Below are positions 27,660 to 40,037 of a stretch of DNA of 64,000 nt, in pieces. Below the pieces are notes generated by a model. The model worked only from the letters and a program-made list of their open reading frames with translations, made no database searches and was not told where the DNA came from. How positions within the stretch are numbered: the first letter of the stretch is position 1; the number at the start of each line of letters is the position of its first letter. The position numbers and the translations under genes were made by a program. Source of the DNA: Chloroflexota bacterium (lineage in GTDB: Bacteria; Chloroflexota; Limnocylindria; Limnocylindrales; CSP1-4); assembly GCA_040752335.1 (NCBI GenBank), contig JBFMEV010000007.1:44147-108146 (forward strand), written 5' to 3'.

Positions 27660-28564
27660 CCGCTCCGCTGCTCGATCGATCGGCCGCCGCGGCATCCGAC
27701 GCCTCGCCCGCCGTCGCGGCCCCCGCGGCCACGTCGCCGCGGATCATCGCCGGACGGCCGGCGCTCCTCGAGGACAAGTCGACCCATTACTGCCCGGGCT
27801 GTGGCCACGGCGTCATCCACCGGCTGCTCGCCGAGCTCCTCGGCGAGCTCGGCGTGGCCGAGCGGACGATTGCCGTCGCGCCCGTGGGCTGCTCGGTCTT
27901 CGCCTACGACTACATCGACGTCGACTGGGTTGAGTCGCCCCACGGGCGGGCTCCCGCCGTCGCGACCGGCATCCGCCGCGTCCGGCCCGAGGCCTTCGTC
28001 CTCATGTACCAGGGCGACGGCGATCTCGCGGCGATCGGCACGGGTGAGATCGTCCATGCCGCGGCCCGCGGGGAACGGATCACGGCGGTCTTCGTGAACA
28101 ACGGGATCTACGGCATGACCGGCGGTCAGATGGCGCCAACGACGCTCCTCGGCCAGAAGACGACGTCCTCGCCGATCGGCCGCGACGAGCGGCTGATGGG
28201 CGACCCGATCCCGATCACCGAGATGCTCGCCGTCCTGCCCACCGTCGCCTATGCGGCGCGCGGCACGCTGGCCGACGCGGCCTCGATCGGCCGGCTCAAG
28301 GCGATGCTCCGGCGGGCGATGGAGATCCAGGTCCGGGACGCGGGGTTCGCGATCGTGGAGGTCCTCTCGAACTGCCCGGTCGGCTGGGGCATGACCGCCC
28401 AGGAGTCGATCGATCACCTGACAGTGGTGGCCGAGACGTACCCGGTCGGGGTCCTCGTCGACCGCCTCAAGGCCGCGGCGGCGGCGGCTCCGGCGGCGTC
28501 GGTGCCGGCGGCGGCTCCACCGAAACCCTCTCCGGCCGGCTCGACCGAGAGCCCGGAGGCCTGA
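27656..28564 (+). CDS. 2-oxoacid:ferredoxin oxidoreductase beta subunit (TPP-binding)
   Basis: [14 protein letters not shown] and [12 protein letters not shown] motifs. ATGA overlap with the alpha subunit. Confidence 0.9.
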   Translation: MTAPLLDRSAAAASDASPAVAAPAATSPRIIAGRPALLEDKSTHYCPGCGHGVIHRLLAELLGELGVAERTIAVAPVGCSVFAYDYIDVDWVESPHGRAPAVATGIRRVRPEAFVLMYQGDGDLAAIGTGEIVHAAARGERITAVFVNNGIYGMTGGQMAPTTLLGQKTTSSPIGRDERLMGDPIPITEMLAVLPTVAYAARGTLADAASIGRLKAMLRRAMEIQVRDAGFAIVEVLSNCPVGWGMTAQESIDHLTVVAETYPVGVLVDRLKAAAAAAPAASVPAAAPPKPSPAGSTESPEA

Positions 28565-28567
28565 CCG

Positions 28568-29143
28568 ATGGAACGCTCGACGATCTTCGCCGGCTTCGGC
28601 GGCCAGGGCATCCTGTTCGCCGGCAACGTCCTCGCCCGGGCCGCGATGGCCGAGGGCCTGGAGGTCTTCTGGATCCCCTCGTACGGCCCGGAGATGCGGG
28701 GCGGGACCGCCTCCTGCACCGTCATCGTCGCCGCCGAGCCGATCGGCTCGCCGGTCATCGACCGGGCCGACGCGGTGGTCGCGCTCAACCCGCCCTCGAT
28801 GGCCCGGTTCGAGGCGACCGTCGCGCCCGGGGGTCTGCTCGTGATGAATACCTCGCTCATCGAGGCGCTGCCGTCACGGACGGACATCGAGGTCGTCGCC
28901 CTGCCCTGCACGGCGCTGGCGCGGACGGCCGGGGACGACAAGCTCGTCAGCGTGGTCGCTCTCGGTGCGCTCCTCGGCCGGCGGCCGCTCGTCCCGCTCG
29001 CCGCGGCCCGCGGCGCGCTCGAGACCGTGCTCACGGCCAAGCGGCCCGAGATCCTGGCCGCCGACCTCGCCGCCCTCGAGGCCGGCTACGCGGCGGCGAC
29101 CGAGCCGGCGGCGGCCGAGCCCGCGGCGGCCACCCCGGCCTGA
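28568..29143 (+). CDS. 2-oxoacid:ferredoxin oxidoreductase gamma subunit
   Basis: IFAGFGGQGILFAGNVLARAAMAEG...SYGPEMRGGTASC is the gamma-subunit signature. Confidence 0.9.
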   Translation: MERSTIFAGFGGQGILFAGNVLARAAMAEGLEVFWIPSYGPEMRGGTASCTVIVAAEPIGSPVIDRADAVVALNPPSMARFEATVAPGGLLVMNTSLIEALPSRTDIEVVALPCTALARTAGDDKLVSVVALGALLGRRPLVPLAAARGALETVLTAKRPEILAADLAALEAGYAAATEPAAAEPAAATPA

Positions 29144-29469
29144 GGCGGTTCGCTGTCATCTCCCTCCCGGCGTCGCCCCTTCCCAGGACCGGGGCCGCCG
29201 CTTGCCTGGTGATCACAGGAATGTGCTTGACGGTGGCCTTCTGAACAGTCTCGGCCGGCTTCGTTGCGTGCCTGTCACGATCTGTGGCTCTGGGCGAAGA
29301 AACGGGCGACTGGGCGGACCGAACGGCGAGCCCGCGCAGAATCCTGTGACCGGGGGACAACGTCATCCGCCAGCGGCCGAGACGTCGGCCGGCCTTGGAA
29401 CGCCAAACGTCCGACCGGTGTAGCACATACGGTTGACCGGAGGAGGGCCGTCCGACGGACGACAGCGAG

Positions 29470-29997
29470 TTGATCGAGCGCGCCTGCGCGGGCGAGGTGA
29501 TGGCCTACGAAGAGCTGGTCCGCCGCCACCAGGACGTGGCGGTGCGAACGGCGCACCTGATCGCGCCGGCGGCGGACGCGGAGGATGCCGCCCAGGAGGC
29601 CTTCGTCAAGGCCTGGATCGCGCTGCCGCGCTTCCGGGTCGGCGCACCGTTCCGCCCGTGGCTCCTCCGGATCGTGGCCAACGAGGCCCGCAACCGGCGT
29701 CGCTCGGCCGGCCGGCGCGAAGGCCTCGCGATCCGGGCCACGGCCGACCGCCCCTCGGACGACGCGGCCCCGTCGCCCGAGACGGCGGCGCTCGTGGCGG
29801 AGCGGCGGGCGGCCCTCCTCGAGGCGGTGAACCGCCTCCGCGACGACGACCGCGAGATCATCGCCGCCCGCTACTTCCTGGAGCTGACGGAGGCCGAGTC
29901 GGCGGACGTCCTCCAAATCCCGCGAGGCACGGTCAAGTCCCGTCAGTCGCGGGCCCTCGGCCGCCTCCGCGACAACCTCGCGAGGGGCGATTCATGA
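29470..29997 (+). CDS. ECF-type RNA polymerase sigma-70 family factor
   Basis: Region 2 (DAEDAAQEAFVKAW...FRPWLLRIVANEARN) and region 4 (LTEAESADVLQIPRGTVKSRQSRAL). TTG start. Confidence 0.85.
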   Translation: MIERACAGEVMAYEELVRRHQDVAVRTAHLIAPAADAEDAAQEAFVKAWIALPRFRVGAPFRPWLLRIVANEARNRRRSAGRREGLAIRATADRPSDDAAPSPETAALVAERRAALLEAVNRLRDDDREIIAARYFLELTEAESADVLQIPRGTVKSRQSRALGRLRDNLARGDS

Positions 29998-30800
29998 GCG
30001 GGGAGCGGTCGATGTCGACGTCTCCGCCCGGTCTCGATCTCGAGGCCGCCCTGCGGGACCTCGGGTCCGTTCTGGCCGCGCCCGTCGCGAGCGGGCTCGG
30101 AGAGCGCGTCCGGGCCCGGATCGAGGCGGAGGCGCCGCGCCCCACCGCCCGCTGGGCCTGGCCGAGGCCCCTCCGCCGGAGCGTCGTCCTGGCACTCGTC
30201 GCCGTCATCGTCATCGCCGCCGCGGTGACGGCCGCGATCGGCTACGGCCTGCCCGGGATCAGGATCCTGTTCGGGCCACCGCCGTCACTGCCGGCGAGCC
30301 CCTCGGCGCCGGCATCGGCGGCGCCCGGCGCCGGCCTGGGCCTGGGTCTGCCGATGTCCCTCGAGGAGGCCGATGACGCGGTCGACTTCGAGATCGGCCT
30401 GCCCGAACTCGAGGCCATCGGCCCGCCCGACGCCGTCTACCTGGCCGGCGGCCGGCTGGCACTCGCGTGGGGGCCGGATCCCGGCCTCCCGGGCACGGCC
30501 AGCCCGGATCTCGGGCTGCTGATCATCGAGCTGCGCGCGACCGTGGATGAGGGGATGATCGAGAAGCTCCTGCTGAGCGGCACCCACGTCGAGTGGATCA
30601 CGTTCGACGGCGCGCGCGGCTACTGGATCGATGGCGAGCGCCACGTCCTGGCCTACACCGCGCCCGACGGCAGCCGGATCGAGGACACCCTGCGGCAGGT
30701 CGGCAACTCCCTGCTCTGGACCCGCGACGGGGTGACGTACCGGCTCGAGGCCGAGCTCAGCCGCGACGCCGCGATCGAGCTGGCCGAGTCGTTCCGCTGA
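29994..30800 (+). CDS. Putative anti-sigma factor / single-pass membrane protein
   Basis: ATGA overlap with the sigma gene. One TM helix (VVLALVAVIVIAAAVTAAIGYGL), Pro/Ala-rich linker and an extracytoplasmic domain. Confidence 0.55.
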   Translation: MSGERSMSTSPPGLDLEAALRDLGSVLAAPVASGLGERVRARIEAEAPRPTARWAWPRPLRRSVVLALVAVIVIAAAVTAAIGYGLPGIRILFGPPPSLPASPSAPASAAPGAGLGLGLPMSLEEADDAVDFEIGLPELEAIGPPDAVYLAGGRLALAWGPDPGLPGTASPDLGLLIIELRATVDEGMIEKLLLSGTHVEWITFDGARGYWIDGERHVLAYTAPDGSRIEDTLRQVGNSLLWTRDGVTYRLEAELSRDAAIELAESFR

Positions 30801-33309
30801 CCTCTGTCGCGCCGCCGCCGTCAGCGGTCGCGCCGCCGCCGTCACCGCCCGCGACCGGACCGCCCCCGCCCGCGGCCCCACCGAACCGCCGGGCACGCTC
30901 CGCGAGGTCGAGGAGGCGCCCGGCGACCCGGGCGTTGATCGACCCGGCCGGGTACTCACCGCCGTCGCTGGCCTCGCCGGCCGGCAGGCCGGTGAGCAGC
31001 TCCATCGCGGCGTCGACGCTCCGCACCGGGTGGATCCCGAATCGACCGGCGGCCACGGCCTCGATGACCGGCTGGCGGAGCATCAGGTGGCGGACGTTCG
31101 AGGCCGGCACGATGACCCCCTGGCCGCCCGTCAACCCACGGCTCTCGCAGACGTCGAAGAAGCCCTCGATCTTCTCGTTGATCCCGCCGACGGCCTCGAC
31201 CGCCCCGTGCTGGTCGATGGAGCCGGTCACCGCGAGATCCTGGCGCAGGGGCAGCCGGGCAATCGCCGAGAGCAGGGCGCAGGCCTCCGCCAGCGACGCC
31301 GAGTCGCCCTCGACGCCGCCGTACGACTGCTCGAAGGCCAGGCTGGCATGAAAGGCCAGCGGCGCCCGTTCGGCGTAGCGCCCGCCGACGAAGCCGGACA
31401 GGATGAGGACCCCCTTCGAGTGGATCGGCCCGCCGAGGTCGACCTCGCGCTCGATGTCGACGACCTCGCCGCGGCCGAGCCGGACGCTCGCCGTGATCCG
31501 CGACGGCTGGCCGAAGACGGCCTCGCCGAGGGCGACCACCGACAGGCCGTTGACCTGGCCGATCGCCGCGCCGCTGACGTCGATGAGGACGGTGCCGGCG
31601 GCGATCTGCTCGAGGACCAGGTCCCGGAGCCGGCCGGCCCGGCGACGCTGGGCCTCGAGCGCCCGCTCCACGTCGTCCGCCCCGACGACGGCGCGGCCGG
31701 CCTCCCCCGCCCAGTGGTCGGCCTCCCGGACCAGGTCCGTCAGGCCCCGCATCTGGGTCGAGACCTTGGTCGAGTCGCCCGACCGCCGCGAGGCCTCCTC
31801 GAGGACCCGGGCGACCGCGCCGGCGTCGAGCGGCCGGAGACCCTCCCGCCGGCCGATCGTGGCCAGGAGACGGGCGTACCGCCGGTCCGTCTCCGGGTTC
31901 CGGTCGACCCGCTCCTCGAAGTCGGCCGGGACCTTGAACAGCTCCAGGAAATCGGGGTCGGCCTCGGCCAGGAGGTGGTAGATCCGGCGGTCGCCGACGA
32001 GGACCACCTTGACCTCGAGGGGGATCGGCTCGGGCTCGAGCGACACGGTGCTCACCAGGCCGAGGGCCTCGCCGATCGACTCGATCGTGATCTGGCGGGC
32101 CCGCAGCGTCCGCTTCAGGGCATCCCAGGCGTAGGCCTCGGACAGCAGCTTCCGGGCGTCCAGGATGAGGTAGCCGCCGTTGGCCGCGTGGAGGGCGCCG
32201 GGCCGGATCAGGGTGAAGTCGGTCACCAGGGCGCCGAGCTGGGCGATGTGCTCGACCCGGCCGATGAGGTTCGGGTGGGTCGGGTGGTCCTCGTACACCA
32301 CCGGTGCGCCGGAGCTGCCGCGGCGGTCGACGAGGACGTTGACCTGGTAGCGCCGGAAGGACGGCCCCTCGGACAGGATCGAGCGGAGGCTCTGCTGGGG
32401 ACCGGCCTCCGACCGTGCCGCGGCGACGAAGTCGTCGGCCGAGTCCACGACGTCGGCCTCCACGGCGGCCAGGTACTCGACGACGGCTGGGACGTCGACA
32501 AAAGCCTGGCGGATCTCGTCGATGAGGTGGCCGACCGCCCGGGTCGTCGTCTCGCGGTCGAGCGTCCTGAGGGCCTCGCGCGTCTCGCGCTCCCAGCCCG
32601 GGACCTGGTGGACGACATCCTCGAGACGGGCTTCGAACGTCCGGAGGGCCTCGCGGGCGGCCTTCTGGCGGTCGGGCGGCAGGTTCCGGAAGTGCTCGGC
32701 ATCCACGAGCTCGCCGTCGCTCAGGGGCGCGAGACCCATCCCGATCGGCGTCCGGACGAGGCCCACGCCGGCCGCCCGGGCCTCGGTCTCGAAGGCTTCG
32801 ATGGCATCCTCGCGCCGCTTCTTGAGGGCGTCCTCCAGGGCCGTTCGGCGGTCGCGGTACTCGTCGGCCTCGAAAGCCGCGGGAATGGTGGCCCGGAGCT
32901 CGGTGACGAGGCGCTCCATCCGGTCGCGGAGATCCGCGGCCCGGCCGACCGGCAGGCGGATCGCCTGGGGCTGCTGGGGCCGCCCGAAGCGGTTGACGTA
33001 GACCCACTCGTCGGGGACCTCGTCGCCGGCGGCTTGGCGCTCGAGGTAGGCGCGGATGACGTGCTGCTTGCCGATCCCCTCGGGCCCCAGGGCGTAGAGG
33101 TTGTAGCCGTCGCGTCGCATCCGGATCCCGAACTCGACGGCCGCGACCGCGCGGTCCTGGCCGACGATCTCGTCCAGGTCGGGCAGCTCGGCGGTCGTCG
33201 CGAAGCCGAGGCTCGCCGGGTCGGTGGCCCGGCGAAGCTCGCCCGGGCCCAGCGATCCGTGCCCGCTCGACCCTCCTGCCGGCGTCGGGTCCCGGGCGAC
33301 GCTGGCCAT
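30757..33309 (-). CDS. Lon-like ATP-dependent protease (LonB/YcbZ-type AAA+ domain plus Lon Ser-Lys protease domain)
   Basis: Walker A GPEGIGKQH. Protease Ser in GVEGDSASLAE and Lys in GGINEKIEGFF. 850 aa from ATG 33309. Starts 4 nt after the stop of the PFOR beta-like gene. Confidence 0.85.
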   Translation of the reverse strand: MASVARDPTPAGGSSGHGSLGPGELRRATDPASLGFATTAELPDLDEIVGQDRAVAAVEFGIRMRRDGYNLYALGPEGIGKQHVIRAYLERQAAGDEVPDEWVYVNRFGRPQQPQAIRLPVGRAADLRDRMERLVTELRATIPAAFEADEYRDRRTALEDALKKRREDAIEAFETEARAAGVGLVRTPIGMGLAPLSDGELVDAEHFRNLPPDRQKAAREALRTFEARLEDVVHQVPGWERETREALRTLDRETTTRAVGHLIDEIRQAFVDVPAVVEYLAAVEADVVDSADDFVAAARSEAGPQQSLRSILSEGPSFRRYQVNVLVDRRGSSGAPVVYEDHPTHPNLIGRVEHIAQLGALVTDFTLIRPGALHAANGGYLILDARKLLSEAYAWDALKRTLRARQITIESIGEALGLVSTVSLEPEPIPLEVKVVLVGDRRIYHLLAEADPDFLELFKVPADFEERVDRNPETDRRYARLLATIGRREGLRPLDAGAVARVLEEASRRSGDSTKVSTQMRGLTDLVREADHWAGEAGRAVVGADDVERALEAQRRRAGRLRDLVLEQIAAGTVLIDVSGAAIGQVNGLSVVALGEAVFGQPSRITASVRLGRGEVVDIEREVDLGGPIHSKGVLILSGFVGGRYAERAPLAFHASLAFEQSYGGVEGDSASLAEACALLSAIARLPLRQDLAVTGSIDQHGAVEAVGGINEKIEGFFDVCESRGLTGGQGVIVPASNVRHLMLRQPVIEAVAAGRFGIHPVRSVDAAMELLTGLPAGEASDGGEYPAGSINARVAGRLLDLAERARRFGGAAGGGGPVAGGDGGGATADGGGATEVSGTTRPARSRRRG

Positions 33310-33313
33310 GGCC

Positions 33314-35042
33314 CTACCGGATGCCCGCCGTCTCCTGGAGGGTGTGCCAGTTGGCGAGCCGGTCGTCCTGGGTGGCCAGAATCTCGGGCGTCGCCGAGCC
33401 GTCCTTCCCGAAGTGCTGGGCGAAGCGGCCCTCGGTCCGGGCGAAGGCGAGGAAGTCGATCGGGGCGCCGTCGGGCGCCTTCGCCCAGTCCTCCTTGAGG
33501 GCCGGGTTGCCCTGGAGGGAGAGGCGCTCGGCCATCGATTCACCGCGTCGCGGGTCGTAGGTGAAGAGCGGGAATGCTCGCGACTCGACCGCCAGCTTGG
33601 CCTGCCGGGTCGCAGCGTCGTCGCCGATGCCATGCTCGGGCATGCACGGAGTGTAGGCCACGATGACCGCCGGCCCGGGAAACTCGTTGGCGTCCATGAC
33701 CGTGCGGTAGAAGTGGTTCAGGTGGGCCGGGGTCGTCTGGGCGACGTAGACCTCGCCGTGCGAGGCGATGATCCGGGCCAGCTCCTTGCGCCGCTCGGGC
33801 CGACCGTGGAGGGCCTTGCCATAGGCCGACAGCTTGGTGACCTGGCCGCCGAACGTCGCGGTGGACGCCTGGCCGCCGGTGTTCGAGTAGACCTGGGTGT
33901 CGAGGACGAGGACCTTGATGTCGGCGCCCGAGGCCACCATCCGCGACAGCGCCTGGAAGCCGATGTCGTACATTGCCCCGTCGCCGCCGAAGGCCCACAG
34001 CTTCCGCTCGGGGTGGCCGGCGGCGTCCCAGCGGGCCCGAATGCCGAGGGCCACGGCCGGGGCGTTCTCGAACAGGGAGTTGGTCCACGGCACGCGGAAC
34101 GGGTTGAAGGGATAGGTGCTGCCGAAGACGGTGTTGCAGCCGGTCGCCGCGACGATGCCCATCGATTCGGGGCCGTGGACCTGGCGGGTGGCGGCGACGA
34201 GCATCCGGATCGCCGTCGCCTCGCCGCAGCCGGCGCACGAGCCGGCACCGCCGACGTAGCCGTGGGCGTGCTCGCCGAGCATCAGGTCGGCGAGGGCCTT
34301 GTCGTTGCGGTAGACCTCGGGGGTCGGCGGCAGTGAGCGGAAGAAGCGGATGTCGCGGTCGTAGCGCTCCAGCGTGGACTCGCCGGTCGGCTCCTCGTCG
34401 ACCTTGTCGATCATGATCAGGGCGTCATGGCCCAGCGCCGCGCAGACCTCGACGCACTCGGCGCAGCCCTTGCAGTGGACCGGGTCGACGAAGATCCCGA
34501 AGGCGCCCCGGTCGTGGCCCTTGCGGGCCGGCACCTCGCCGTACTTCTGGGTGTCGGCGAAGTGCGAGCGGGCGGTGGATGTCGCGAGCTCCGCGGTGCC
34601 GTTGAGGTTCGCCGCGAAGGCCTCGATCCGCGGCTCCAGCTCCGGCTCCGGGACGACGACGCCGAGGATCGCCGTGTCGGGGCAGGCGCTGACGCAGGCC
34701 ATGCAGCCGACGCACTTCTCGGCGATGAGCTCGGGGATCGTGAGGGCCAGCTTCGAGAAGTCGCGGACGGCCGAGGTCCCCGGCGGGATGATGCTGCGAG
34801 CCAGGCCGGCGTCGGCCGGCAGCTCGCGATCGGCGATGCCGCGGCGGTAGGCCGGGACGACCGTCCGGCCGAACTCCTCCACGTAGGCATCGATGTCGAG
34901 GAGGGGTGGCGCGATCGTGGCCAGGCGGTCGGAATGCGATTCCTTGAGCTCGCCGCTGGCCTTCACGAACGGCGTCGTGTCGGGATCGGGCTCCGGCGCG
35001 GCCGGCACGATCGTGGCGACGGGGCGGTCGGTGGTCGGGACG

Positions 35043-35050
<8 letters not shown>
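33314..35050 (-). CDS. Split nifJ-type pyruvate/2-oxoacid:ferredoxin oxidoreductase, C-terminal half (ferredoxin domain + TPP-binding beta domain)
   Basis: CVGCMACVSACPDTAI and CKGCAECVEVCA clusters, then GGAGSCAGCGEATAIRML and GGDGAMYDIGF TPP motifs. Confidence 0.85.
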
Positions 35051-35548
<498 letters not shown>

Positions 35549-35552
<4 letters not shown>

Positions 35553-37624
35553 CGCGGAGCTCCCTGGAGGGCCGGCGCGGCCGGCATGGGCGAGAGTGCC
35601 GGGGCGGACGCAGCGGGGTCGGCGGCGCCGCCGGGGGCAGCCGCCCCGATGGCCGCGCTCACATCGATGAGGTTGTCGTAGGCCTCGGCGATCACCTCGA
35701 GGTTGGCGTCCACGACCGAGCCGCCGCGCTTGCCGAAGAACCGCCCGAGGCGCTCGCGGACGGCGGCGAGGAGGGTCGCGCGGTCCATCCCGGCCCGGGC
35801 CGCGAAGGGCGAGACGCGGAGGAAGACGCCGACGAGGGCGACGCCCTGCATCCGCACCTCGAGATCGGGCCGCGGCGCGTGGCGCCTGGCCAGCGAGGCG
35901 GTGTCGAGGGCGGTGACCCGGATCCGGCGGGCCAGGATCTCGGCGCGCGAGGCGGCCGGGATCGAGGCCCAGATCGCCTCCGGATCGGCGAGCGGCGACT
36001 GGATGAAGACGTCGCCGCCGTCGGCCAGCCCGGCCAGCGGGTCACCCAGGCCGAAGGCCGAGACATCGTGGAGGGGCACGAACTCGACCCGGTCGAGCTC
36101 GGCGTGGAGGCGGATCGGCTCGTCGGCGATCGTCAGGTAGTAGGTCGTCGGCAGGCCCTTCTTCTCCGAGCCGTAGCGCGGGTAGGCCTGGACCTGCTTG
36201 CCGAACAGCTCGCCCGAGAGGGTCGCCACGAGCTTGTTCGTGGTGACGCTGCCGAAGCCGCCGATCGAGTGGCCGCGGAGGCTGTAGGCACCGGCCGGGC
36301 GGAGATCCACCGGCTCCACCGGCAGCGCGAGCGGGTGCCTGATGCCCACGACGTAATGGCGCTGCTCGTCCTCACCGTGGTCGGCCAGGCGGTTGAAGAT
36401 CGCGACGAGGTCGCCGGCGGCCACGTCGCGCGAGCCGAGGCCGGCCGAGATCGAGAGGACCCGCGGGACCATCCCGCCCTCGGCGGCCAGGTCGTAGAGC
36501 GCGGAGCGGAGCTCGCGGGTCAGGGGGTTCGCCGCCGCGAGCGGCTCGTCGGTCCGCTCCACGACCCCCACCGTCCGAGCGCCGCGGAGGGCGGCGACGA
36601 GCTCGCGGGCCGGGAACGGACGGAAGGCCGTGACGGCGACGGCGCCCACCGGCCGGCCCTGGGCGCGCAGGTGGTCGACGACGGCGATCGCAGTGTCTGC
36701 GATCGTGCCCATCGAGACGAGGATCTCGTCGGCGCCATCGGTCCGGTAGGCGTCGATGGCGCCGTAGCGGCGGCCCGTGAGGCGGGCCCACTCGGCGTAG
36801 GCGTCCTCGAGGATCGCCGGAAGGCGGTCGGTGTAGGCGCGCTGGCCGATCCGGCCCTTCATGTAGCTGTCCTGGTTCTGGACGACGCCGGTCATGAGGG
36901 CCTCGGCCGGGTCGAACAGGTCGCGGATGTGGTCCCGAGGGTTGCCCGCAAACTCGCGCAGCAGGTCGTCCTCGGGAAGGAGGACGTTCTCGAGGGTGTG
37001 GGTCGTCAGGAAGCCGTCCTGGGCGACCATGAACGGGGTGTCGCCGGCCTCGGCCGCGCGCCGGGCGATGGCGGCGAGATCGGCCGCCTCCTGGGCGTTG
37101 CGGGCGAAGAGCATGCCCCAGCCGCAGTCGGCCACGGCCATCATGTCGTCGTGGCCGGCGTGGATGTTGAGGGCCTGGCTCGTCAGGGCCCGGGCCCCGA
37201 CGTGGAAGACGGCCGGCAGGCGCTTGCCGCTGATGACGAAGAGGACCTCCTTCATCAGGACGAGGCCCTGGCCGGCGGTGAAGTTCGTGACCCTGGCTCC
37301 GGCCAGGGCAGCACCCTCGGCGGCGCTCGCCGAGGAGTGCTCGGATTCCGGTTCGATGAACCGGAGAGGGGTCCCGAAGAGATCGGTCCGGCCGTCGGCG
37401 ACCGCGGCCTGGTAGACCGCCGCCATCGTCGTCGAGGGCGTGATCGGGTAGACGCAGGCGACCTCGGCCAGGCGGCTCTCGACGTGGGCGACGGCCTCCG
37501 AGCCGTCGACGATCGCCGGGATGCCCGGATAGGGAGCGAGCCCGGGCATCGGCTGGGGCAAGGGCCCAGGCTCGAGGGCTGGGGTCGGGGGGTTCGCAGG
37601 GCGCGGCGCGGCGGTGGACGTCAT
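35549..37624 (-). CDS. Split nifJ-type pyruvate/2-oxoacid:ferredoxin oxidoreductase, N-terminal half (domains I-II-III)
   Basis: IVDGSEAVAHVESRLAEVACVYPITPSTTM (domain I) and the gamma-like RGHSIGGFGSVTTNKLVA...GSEKKGLPTTYYL (domain III). 691 aa from ATG 37624. Confidence 0.85.
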
Positions 37625-37844
37625 GGTGGAAGCGTGGCCTTCGGGCGTTGCGGGCGGGAGGCCCCTCCGGCCCCAAGGTGAGGGGCCGCATGGCCCGCGG
37701 CTCGTGGGACGGCCCGGCCGATTCGCTCGAGCCGGTCGCCGGCCCTCGAGCTGCCCATCCGTTCCTGATCCCTGTGTCGGCATACGCCCCATGCTGATGC
37801 AGACACGCGCATCAGGAACGGATGCGACCACTGGAGCGGACCCG

Positions 37845-37862
37845 AGGTTAACCGGTTAACCT
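37845..37862. promoter_or_regulatory. Perfect 18-bp palindrome AGGTTAACCGGTTAACCT overlapping a -10-like TAACCT, 6 nt before the GH13 ATG
   Basis: AT-rich perfect palindrome. TAACCT (37857-37862) is spaced for a leaderless transcript starting at ATG 37869. Confidence 0.5.
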
Positions 37863-37868
37863 GCGCGG

Positions 37869-39536
<1,668 letters not shown>

Positions 39537-39542
39537 GTCTCG

Positions 39543-40037
39543 TCAGCGGGGGACGGCGAGGAGCTCCTCGATCGAGGCGCGGATGGCGGCGGCGAAGGCG
39601 GGCAGGTTGCCCTTGACCGAGCGCGAGAAGCGTTCGCCGTAGCCGAACCAGCGGCCGCCGATGCCGACGAAGAGGCCGGCCGGGACGGCGCCGCGGAGGG
39701 CTTCGGCGATGAGCAGGGCGTCGTCGACGGAGAGGGCGTGGGAGGAGCGCGGGGCGACCCCTGCCGGGCGGCGGGCCAGGTCGTCGAGGGACATCGTGAC
39801 GATCTTCCCGGGCTCGACCCCGACGACGGTGTCGACGACGACGACCGACTCCCTCAGCCCGATGTCGAGGAGGTCGGTGACGTCGAGCTGGGGACAGCGG
39901 CGGACCTCGATCCGGCCCCGGAGGGGCTCGGGGAGCTCGGGCAGGACGTGCGAGATCGCGGCCAGGGCCGCCCCGTCGTCGCCCCGATCGGCGGTCCCGC
40001 AGACGAGGATGCGGAGCTCCGGCGCCGGGGCCGTCAT
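39543..40037 (-). CDS. [NiFe]-hydrogenase maturation endopeptidase (HycI/HybD-like)
   Basis: ILVCGTADRGDDGAALA N-terminal motif. ATGA-type overlap with the large-subunit stop. Confidence 0.8.
   Translation of the reverse strand: MTAPAPELRILVCGTADRGDDGAALAAISHVLPELPEPLRGRIEVRRCPQLDVTDLLDIGLRESVVVVDTVVGVEPGKIVTMSLDDLARRPAGVAPRSSHALSVDDALLIAEALRGAVPAGLFVGIGGRWFGYGERFSRSVKGNLPAFAAAIRASIEELLAVPR

Noticed and set aside
29396-29425. ECF-type promoter (GGAAC ... CGT) upstream of the sigma gene.
   Set aside because: A GGAAC is present, but I could not find a convincing -10 (CGTC/CGTT) at 16-18 nt spacing.
31030-33498. 822-aa plus-strand ORF.
   Set aside because: It is antisense to the Lon-like protease, which has Walker A and Ser-Lys motifs. 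Its composition is low-complexity (Arg/Gly/Asp/Pro).
37683-37696. DosR-box-like palindromes: GGGCC-N4-GGCCC here and GGGAC-N4-GGCCC at 45031-45044.
   Set aside because: I did not call them as features. They match the mycobacterial consensus (TTSGGGACTWWAGTCCCSAA) only in geometry and in a few G/C positions that are common by chance at this GC content. I mention them only as hypotheses.
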